From Auanema rhodensis (taxonomy: Eukaryota; Animalia; Nematoda), in contig CAXKVF010000073.1 in NCBI GenBank assembly GCA_964057225.1, positions 1,116,001 through 1,180,000 of the forward strand: 64,000 nucleotides of DNA, written 5' to 3'. Below the pieces are notes generated by a model. That model ran no database searches, was not told the DNA's origin, and was given only the letters and a program-made list of their open reading frames with translations. The translations under genes were made by a program, and so were the position numbers. This document shows positions 54,901 through 64,000 of the stretch, in pieces (the stretch's first letter is position 1; each line of letters opens with the position of its first letter).

Positions 54901-55504
54901 GGTTACCATGCACCAATATCAATAAAAATTTGTTTTTAGACTAATATGGACATGAGGAATCTAATTTTGAAAACCGCATCTCTTTATCTTTCACGTGAAG
55001 CGAGTTACATACCGAGTGCACATCACGTGTACATTTAATTAGCATAAATTAAAGTTCACGTAAATTTCAAAGTCATGGTTACCATGCACCAATATCAATA
55101 AAAATTTGTTTTTAGACTAATATGGACATGGGGAATCTAATTTTGAAAACCGAATCTCTTCATCTTTCACGTGAAGCGAGTTACATACCAAGTGCACATC
55201 ACGTCTAAATTTAATTAGCATAAATTAAAGTTCACGAAAATTTCAAAGTCATGGTTACCATGAACCAATATCAATAAAAATTTGTTTTTAGACTAATATG
55301 GACATGGGCAATCTAATTTTGAAAACCGCATCTCTTCATCTTTCACGTGAAGCGAGTTACATACCAAGTGCACATCACGTGTACATTTAATTAGCATAAA
55401 TTAAAGTTCACGTAAATTTCAAAGTCATGGTTACCATGCACCAATATCAATAAAAATTTGTTTTAAGACTAATATGGACATGGGGAATCTAATTTTGAAA
55501 ACCG
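51985..55504. repeat. Tandem duplication of a 10-mer (1760 bp): 51985-53744 / 53745-55504
   Basis: Markers sit 1760 bp apart: GAGTTCATAC deletion (about 52015/53775), A insertion (52949/54709) and CCGAATC (53393/55153). Confidence 0.85.
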
Positions 55505-58500
55505 CATCTCTTCATCTTTCACGTGAAGCGAGTTACATACCAAGTGCACATCACGTGTACATTTAATTAGCATAAATTAAAGTTCACGTAAATTTCAAAG
55601 TCATGGTTACCATGAACCAATATCAATAAAAATTTGTTTTTAGACTAATATGGACATGGGGAATCTAATTTTGAAAACCGCATCTCTTTATCTTTCACGT
55701 GAAGCGAGTTACATACCAAGTGCACATCACGTGTACATTTAATTAGCATAAATTAAAGTTCACGTAAATTTCAAAGTCATGGTTACCATGCACCAATATC
55801 AATAAAAATTTGTTTTTAGACTAATATGGACATGGGGAATCTAATTTTGAAAACCGCATCTCTTTATCTTTCACGTGAAGCGAGTTACATACCAAGTGCA
55901 CATCACGTGTACATTTAATTAGCATAAATTAAAGTTCACGTAAATTTCAAAGTCATGTTTACCATGAAGCAATATCAATAAAAATTTGTTTTTAGACTAA
56001 TATGGACAGTGGGAATCTAATTTTGAAAACCGCATCTCTTTATCTTTCACGTGAAGCGAGTTACATACCAAGTGCACATCACGTGTACATTTAATTAGCA
56101 TAAATTAAAGTTCACGTAAATTTCAAAGTCATGGTTACCATGAATTAATATCAATAAAAATTTGTTTTTAGAATAATATGGACATGGGGAATCTAATTTT
56201 GAAAACCGCATCTCTTTATCTTTCACGTGAAGCGAGTTACATACCAAGTGCACATCACGTGTACATTTAATTAGCATAAATTAAAGTTCACGTAAAATTC
56301 AAAGTCATGGTTACCATGCACCAATATCAATAAAAATTTGTTTTTAGACTAATATGGACATGGGGAATCTAATTTTGAAAACCGCATCTCTTTATCTTTC
56401 ACGTGAAGCGAGTTACATACCAAGTGCACATCACGTGTACATTTAATTAGCATAAATTAAAGTTCACGTAAATTTCAAAGTCATGGTTACCATGAACCAA
56501 TATCAATAAAAATTTGTTTTTAGACTAATATGGACATGTGGAATCTAATTTTGAAAACCGCATCTCTTTATCTTTCACGTGAAGCGAGTTACATACCAAG
56601 TGCACATCACGTGTACATTTAATTAGCATAAATTAAAGTTCACGTAAATTTCAAAGTCACGGTTACCATGCACCAATATCAATAAAAATTTGTTTTTAGA
56701 CTAATATGGACATGGGGAATCTAATTTTGAAAACCGTATCTCTTTATCTTTCACGTGAAGCGAGTTACATACCAAGTGCACATCACGTGTACATTTAATT
56801 AGCATAAATTAAAGTTCACGTAAATTTCAAAGTCATGGTTACCATGAACCAATATCAATAACAATTTGTTTTTAGACTAATATGGACATGGGGAATCTAA
56901 TTTTGAAAACCGCATCTCTTCATCTTTCACGTGCAGCGAGTTACATACCAAGTGCACATCACGTGTACATTTAATTAGCATAAATTAAAGTTCACGTAAA
57001 TTTCAAAGTCATGGTTACCATGAACCAATATCAATAAAAATTTGTTTTTAGACTAATATGGACATGGGGAATCTAATTTTGAAAACCGCATCTCTTTATC
57101 TTTCACGTGAAGCGAGTTACATACCAAGTGCACATCACGTGTACATTTAATTAGCATAAATTAAAGTTCACGTAAATTTCAAAGTCATGGTTACCATGCA
57201 CCAATATCAATAAAAATTTGTTTTTAGACTAATATGGACATGGGGAATCTAATTTTGAAAACCGCATCTCTTTATCTTTCACGTGAAGCGAGTTACATAC
57301 CAAGTGCACATCACGTGTACATTTAATTAGCATAAATTAAAGTTCACGTAAATTTCAAAGTCATGTTTACCATGAAGCAATATCAATAAAAATTTGTTTT
57401 TAGACTAATATGGACAGGGGGAATCTAATTTTGCAAACCGCATCTCTTTATCTTTCACGTGAAGCGAGTTACATACCAAGTGCACATCACGTGTACATTT
57501 AATTAGCATAAATTAAAGTTCACGTAAATTTCAAAGTCATAGTTACCATGAACCAATATCAATAAAAATTTGTTTTTAGACTAATATGGACATGGGGAAT
57601 CTAATTTTGAAAACCTCATCTCTTTATCTTTCACGTGAAGCGAGTTACATACCAAGTGCACATCACGTGTACATTCAATTAGCATAAATTAAAGTTCACG
57701 TAAAATTTAAAGTCATGGTTACCATGCACCAATATCAATAAAAATTTGTTTTTAGACTAATATGGACATGGGGAATCTAATTTTGAAAACCGCATCTCTT
57801 TATCTTTCACGTGAAGCGAGTTACATACCAAGTGCACATCACGTGTACATTTAATTAGCATAAATTAAAGTTCACGTAAATTTCAAAGTCATGGTTACCA
57901 TGAAGCAATATCAATAAAAATTTGTTTTTAGACTAATATGGACATGGGGAATCTAATTTTGAAAACCGCATCTCTTTATCTTTCACGTGAAGCGAGTTAC
58001 ATACCAAGTGCACATCACGTGTACATTTAATTAGCATAAATTAAAGTTCACGTAAATTTCAAAGTCATGGTTACCATGAAGCAATATCAATAAAAATTTG
58101 TTTTTAGACTAATATGGACAGGGGGAATCTAATTTTGAAAACCGCATCTCTTTATCTTTCACGTGAAGCGAGTTACATACCAAGTGCACATCACGTGTAC
58201 ATTTAATTAGCATAAATTGAAGTTCACGTAAATTTCAAAGTCATGGTTACCATGAACCAATATCAATAAAAATTTGTTTTTAGACTAATATGGACATGGG
58301 GAATCTAATTTTGAAAACCGCATCTCTTTATCTTTCACGTGAAGCGAGTTACATACCAAGTGCACATCACGTGTACATTTAATTAGCATAAATTAAAGTT
58401 CACGTAAATTTCAAAGTCATGGTTACCATGCACCAATATCAATAAAAATTTGTTTTTAGACTAATATGGACATGGGGAATCTAATTTTGAAAACCGCATC

Positions 58501-59552
58501 TCTTTATCTTTCACGTGAAGCGAGTTACATACCAAGTGCACATCACGTGTACATTTAATTAGCATAAATTAAAGTTCACGTAAAATTCAAAGTCATGGTT
58601 ACCATGCACCAATATCAATAAAAATTTGTTTTTAGAATAATATGGACATGGGGAATCTAATTTTGAAAACCGCATCTCTTTATCTTTCACGTGAAGCGAG
58701 TTACATACCAAGTGCACATCACGTGTACATTTAATTAGCATAAATTAAAGTTCACGTAAATTTCAAAGTCATGGTTACCATGAAGCAATATCAATAAAAA
58801 TTTGTTTTTAGACTAATATGGACATGGGGAATCTAATTTTGAAAACCGCATCTCTTTATCTTTCACGTGAAGCGAGTTACATACCAAGTGCACATCACGT
58901 GTACATTTAATTAGCATTAATTAAAGTTCACGTAAATTTCAAAGTCATGGTTACCATGAAGCAATATCAATAAAAATTTGTTTTTAGACTAATATGGACA
59001 TGGGGAATCTAATTTTGAAAACCGCATCTCTTTATCTTTCACGTGAAGCGAGTTACATACCAAGTGCACATCACGTGTACATTTAATTAGCATAAATTAA
59101 AGTTCACGTAAATTTCAAAGTCATGGTTACCATGAACCAATATCAATAAAAATTTGTTTTTAGACTAATATGGACATGGGGAATCTAATTTTGAAAACCG
59201 CATCTCTTTATCTTTCACGTGAAGCGAGTTACATACCAAGTGCACATCACGTGTACATTTAATTAGCATAAATTAAAGTTCACGTAAATTTCAAAGTCAT
59301 GGTTACCATGAAGCAATATCAATAAAAATTTGTTTTTAGACTAATATGGACATGGGGAATCTAATTTTGAAAACCGCATCTCTTTATCTTTCACGTGAAG
59401 CGAGTTACATACCAAGTGCACATCACGTGTACATTTAATTAGCATAAATTAAAGTTCACGTAAATTTCAAAGTCATGGTTACCATGCACCAATATCAATA
59501 AAAATTTGTTTTTAGACTAATATGGACATGGGGAATCTAATTTTGAAAACCG

Positions 59553-62500
59553 CATCTCTTTATCTTTCACGTGAAGCGAGTTACATACCAAGTGCACATC
59601 ACGTGTACATTTAATTAGCATAAATTAAAGTTCACGTAAATTTCAAAGTCATGGTTACCATGAACCAATATCAATAAAAATTTGTTTTTAGACTAATATG
59701 GACATGGGGAATCTAATTTTGAAAACCGCATCTCTTTATCTTTCACGTGAAGCGAGTTACATACCAAGTGCACATCACGTGTACATTTAATTAGCATAAA
59801 TTAAAGTTCACGTAAATTTCAAAGTCATGGTTACCATGAAGCAATATCAATAAAAATTTGTTTTTAGACTAATATGGACATGGGGAATCTAATTTTGAAA
59901 ACCGCATCTCTTTATCTTTCACGTGAAGCGAGTTACATACCAAGTGCACATCACGTGTACATTTAATTAGCATAAATTAAAGTTCACGTAAATTTCAAAG
60001 TCATGGTTACCATGAAGCAATATCAATAAAAATTTGTTTTTAGACTAATATGGACATGGGGAATCTAATTTTGAAAACCGCATCTCTTTATCTTTCACGT
60101 GAAGCGAGTTACATACCAAGTGCACATCACGTGTACATTTAATTAGCATAAATTAAAGTTCACGTAAATTTCAAAGTCATGGTTACCATGCACCAATATC
60201 AATAAAAATTTGTTTTTAGACTAATATGGACATGGGGAATCTAATTTTGAAAACCGCATCTCTTTATCTCTCACGTGAAGCGAGTTACATACCAAGTGCA
60301 CATCACGTGTACATTTAATTAGCATAAATTAAAGTTCACGTAAATTTCAAAGTCATGGTTACCATGAACCAATATCAATAAAAATTTGTTTTTAGACTAA
60401 TATGGACATGGGGAATCTAATTTTGAAAACCGCATCTCTTTATCTTTCACGTGAAGCGAGTTACATACCAAGTGCACATCACGTGTACATTTAATTAGCA
60501 TAAATTAAAGTTCACGTAAATTTCAAAGTCATGGTTACCATGAACCAATATCAATAAAAATTTGTTTTTAGACTAATATGGACATGGGGAATCTAATTTT
60601 GAAAACCGCATCTCTTTATCTTTCACGTGAAGCGAGTTACATACCAAGTGCACATCACGTGTACATTTAATTAGCATAAATTAAAGTTCACGTAAATTTC
60701 AAAGTCATGGTTACCATGAAGCAATATCAATAAAAATTTGTTTTTAGACTAATATGGACATGGGGAATCTAATTTTGAAAACCGCATCTCTTTATCTTTC
60801 ACGTGAAGCGAGTTACATACCAAGTGCACATCACGTGTACATTTAATTAGCATAAATTAAAGTTCACGTAAATTTCAAAGTCATGGTTACCATGAAGCAA
60901 TATCAATAAAAATTTGTTTTTAGACTAATATGGACATGGGGAATCTAATTTTGAAAACCGCATCTCTTTATCTTTCACGTGAAGCGAGTTACATACCAAG
61001 TGCACATCACGTGTACATTTAATTAGCATAAATTAAAGTTCACGTAAATTTCAAAGTCATGGTTACCATGAAGCAATATCAATAAAAATTTGTTTTTAGA
61101 CTAATATGGACATGGGGAATCTAATTTTGAAAACCGCATCTCTTTATCTTTCACGTGAAGCGAGTTACATACCAAGTGCACATCACGTGTACATTTAATT
61201 AGCATAAATTAAAGTTCACGTAAATTTCAAAGTCATGGTTACCATGCACCAATATCAATAAAAATTTGTTTTTACACTAATATGGACATGGGGAATCTAA
61301 TTTTGAAAACCGCATCTCTTTATCTTTCACGTGAAGCGAGTTACATACCAAGTGCACATCACGTGTACATTTAATTAGCATAAATTAAAGTTCACGTAAA
61401 TTTCAAAGTCATGGTTACCATGGACCAATATCAATAAAAATTTGTTTTGAGACTAATATGGACATGGGGAATCTAATTTTGAAAACCGCATCTCTTTATC
61501 TTTCACGTGAAGCGAGTTACATACCAAGTGCACATCACGTGTACATTTAATTAGCATAAATTAAAGTTCACGTAAATTTCAAAGTCATGGTTACCATGAA
61601 CCAATATCAATAAAAATTTGTTTTTAGACTAATATGGACATGGGGAATCTAATTTTGAAAACCGCATCTCTTTATCTTTCACGTGAAGCGAGTTACATAC
61701 CAAGTGCACATCACGTGTACATTTAATTAGCATAAATTAAAGTTCACGTAAATTTCAAAGTCATGGTTACCATGAACCAATATCAATAAAAATTTGTTTT
61801 TAGACTAATATGGACATGGGGAATCTAATTTTGAAAACCGCATCTCTTTATCTTTCACGTGAAGCGAGTTACATACCAAGTGCACATCACGTGTACATTT
61901 AATTAGCATAAATTAAAGTTCACGTAAAATTCAAAGTCATGGTTACCATGCACCAATATCAATAAAAATTTGTTTTTAGACTAATATGGACATGGGGAAT
62001 CTAATTTTGAAAACCGCATCTCTTTATCTTTCACGTGAAGCGAGTTACATACCAAGTGCACATCACGTGTACATTTAATTAGCATAAATTAAAGTTCACG
62101 TAAATTTCAAAGTCATGGTTACCATGAACCAATATCAATAAAAATTTGTTTTTAGACTAATATGGACATGGGGAATCTAATTTTGAAAACCGCATCTCTT
62201 TATCTTTCACGTGAAGCGAGTTACATACCAAGTGCACATCACGTGTACATTTAATTAGCATAAATTAAAGTTCACGTAAATTTCAAAGTCATGGTTACCA
62301 TGAAGCAATATCAATAAAAATTTGTTTTTAGACTAATATGGACATGGGGAATCTAATTTTGAAAACCGCATCTCTTTATCTTTCACGTGAAGCGAGTTAC
62401 ATACCAAGTGCACATCACGTGTACATTTAATTAGCATAAATTAAAGTTCACGTAAATTTCAAAGTCATGGTTACCATGAAGCAATATCAATAAAAATTTG

Positions 62501-64000
62501 TTTTTAGACTAATATGGACATGGGGAATCTAATTTTGAAAACCGCATCTCTTTATCTTTCACGTGAAGCGAGTTACATACCAAGTGCACATCACGTGTAC
62601 ATTTAATTAGCATAAATTAAAGTTCACGTAAATTTCAAAGTCATGGTTACCATGCACCAATATCAATAAAAATTTGTTTTTAGACTAATATGGACATGGG
62701 GAATCTAATTTTGAAAACCGCATCTCTTTATCTCTCACGTGAAGCGAGTTACATACCAAGTGCACATCACGTGTACATTTAATTAGCATAAATTAAAGTT
62801 CACGTAAATTTCAAAGTCATGGTTACCATGAACCAATATCAATAAAAATTTGTTTTTAGACTAATATGGACATGGGGAATCTAATTTTGAAAACCGCATC
62901 TCTTTATCTTTCACGTGAAGCGAGTTACATACCAAGTGCACATCACGTGTACATTTAATTAGCATAAATTAAAGTTCACGTAAATTTCAAAGTCATGGTT
63001 ACCATGAACCAATATCAATAAAAATTTGTTTTTAGACTAATATGGACATGGGGAATCTAATTTTGAAAACCGCATCTCTTTATCTTTCACGTGAAGCGAG
63101 TTACATACCAAGTGCACATCACGTGTACATTTAATTAGCATAAATTAAAGTTCACGTAAATTTCAAAGTCATGGTTACCATGAAGCAATATCAATAAAAA
63201 TTTGTTTTTAGACTAATATGGACATGGGGAATCTAATTTTGAAAACCGCATCTCTTTATCTTTCACGTGAAGCGAGTTACATACCAAGTGCACATCACGT
63301 GTACATTTAATTAGCATAAATTAAAGTTCACGTAAATTTCAAAGTCATGGTTACCATGAAGCAATATCAATAAAAATTTGTTTTTAGACTAATATGGACA
63401 TGGGGAATCTAATTTTGAAAACCGCATCTCTTTATCTTTCACGTGAAGCGAGTTACATACCAAGTGCACATCACGTGTACATTTAATTAGCATAAATTAA
63501 AGTTCACGTAAATTTCAAAGTCATGGTTACCATGAAGCAATATCAATAAAAATTTGTTTTTAGACTAATATGGACATGGGGAATCTAATTTTGAAAACCG
63601 CATCTCTTTATCTTTCACGTGAAGCGAGTTACATACCAAGTGCACATCACGTGTACATTTAATTAGCATAAATTAAAGTTCACGTAAATTTCAAAGTCAT
63701 GGTTACCATGCACCAATATCAATAAAAATTTGTTTTTACACTAATATGGACATGGGGAATCTAATTTTGAAAACCGCATCTCTTTATCTTTCACGTGAAG
63801 CGAGTTACATACCAAGTGCACATCACGTGTACATTTAATTAGCATAAATTAAAGTTCACGTAAATTTCAAAGTCATGGTTACCATGAACCAATATCAATA
63901 AAAATTTGTTTTGAGACTAATATGGACATGGGGAATCTAATTTTGAAAACCGCATCTCTTTATCTTTCACGTGAAGCGAGTTACATACCAAGTGCACATC
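59553..64000. repeat. 14-mer period (2464 bp) in the homogeneous right-hand domain
   Basis: Rare markers recur 2464 bp apart: ATCTCTCACG (monomers 60257/62721), TTTACACTAA (61137/63601) and TTTTGAGAC (61313/63777). The order of alleles at positions 111-113 also matches. Confidence 0.85.

Larger units (their letters stand above)
1..64000. repeat. 176-bp tandem satellite DNA array (364 full monomers + 48-bp partial), probably centromeric/pericentromeric eukaryotic satellite
   Basis: The sequence at 1 recurs at 177, 353, 529 and so on up to 63953. The lengths balance exactly: 364x176 - 6x19 (short monomers) + 6 single-base insertions - 4 single-base deletions = 63952. All copies share one orientation and no unique sequence intervenes. 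The centromeric role is inferred only from monomer size (about one nucleosome repeat) and homogeneity. Confidence 0.98.

Noticed and set aside
1-64000. CRISPR array or other prokaryotic repeat-spacer system
   Set aside because: The entire 176 bp is repeated. There are no unique spacers, leader or cas genes.
1-64000. Transposon insertion, inversion or telomeric repeat within the array
   Set aside because: The monomer register accounts for every base, the orientation never flips, and I saw no foreign sequence.
57793-64000. Order of CAC/AAC/AAG alleles as an information-bearing code
   Set aside because: The pattern is adequately explained by ordinary duplication (14-mer period) of three alleles. 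Nothing supports a readout mechanism.

Overview
The whole 64 kb window is one uninterrupted, head-to-tail array of a 176-bp, AT-rich (about 32% GC) satellite. By my manual count it holds 364 complete monomers plus a 48-bp partial one, all in the same orientation. Consensus in window phase: CATCTCTTTATCTTTCACGTGAAGCGAGTTACATACCAAGTGCACATCACGTGTACATTTAATTAGCATAAATTAAAGTTCACGTAAATTTCAAAGTCATGGTTACCATG(C/A)ACCAATATCAATAAAAATTTGTTTTTAGACTAATATGGACATGGGGAATCTAAT(T/G)TTGAAAACCG. Monomers usually differ from this consensus at only 0-5 positions. I see no genes, RNA genes, transposon insertions, inversions or CRISPR spacers, and the three 60-aa ORFs are by-products of the repeat. Monomer length, homogeneity and dyad content fit a eukaryotic centromeric or pericentromeric satellite (inference); I cannot assign a species or named family. 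The notable structure is internal. (1) The monomer is tiled with palindromes and carries two CACGTG E-boxes plus a degenerate third at 32-33 bp spacing. (2) A 157-bp variant with a deletion and templated duplication occurs six times. (3) Nested, irregular higher-order duplications have offsets from 2 to about 50 monomers. (4) The variant repertoire turns over at about 41.5-43 kb. (5) A very homogeneous domain starts at about 57.8 kb. 'Position N' below means position within the monomer, phased to window base 1. All variant calls were made by eye and should be confirmed computationally.
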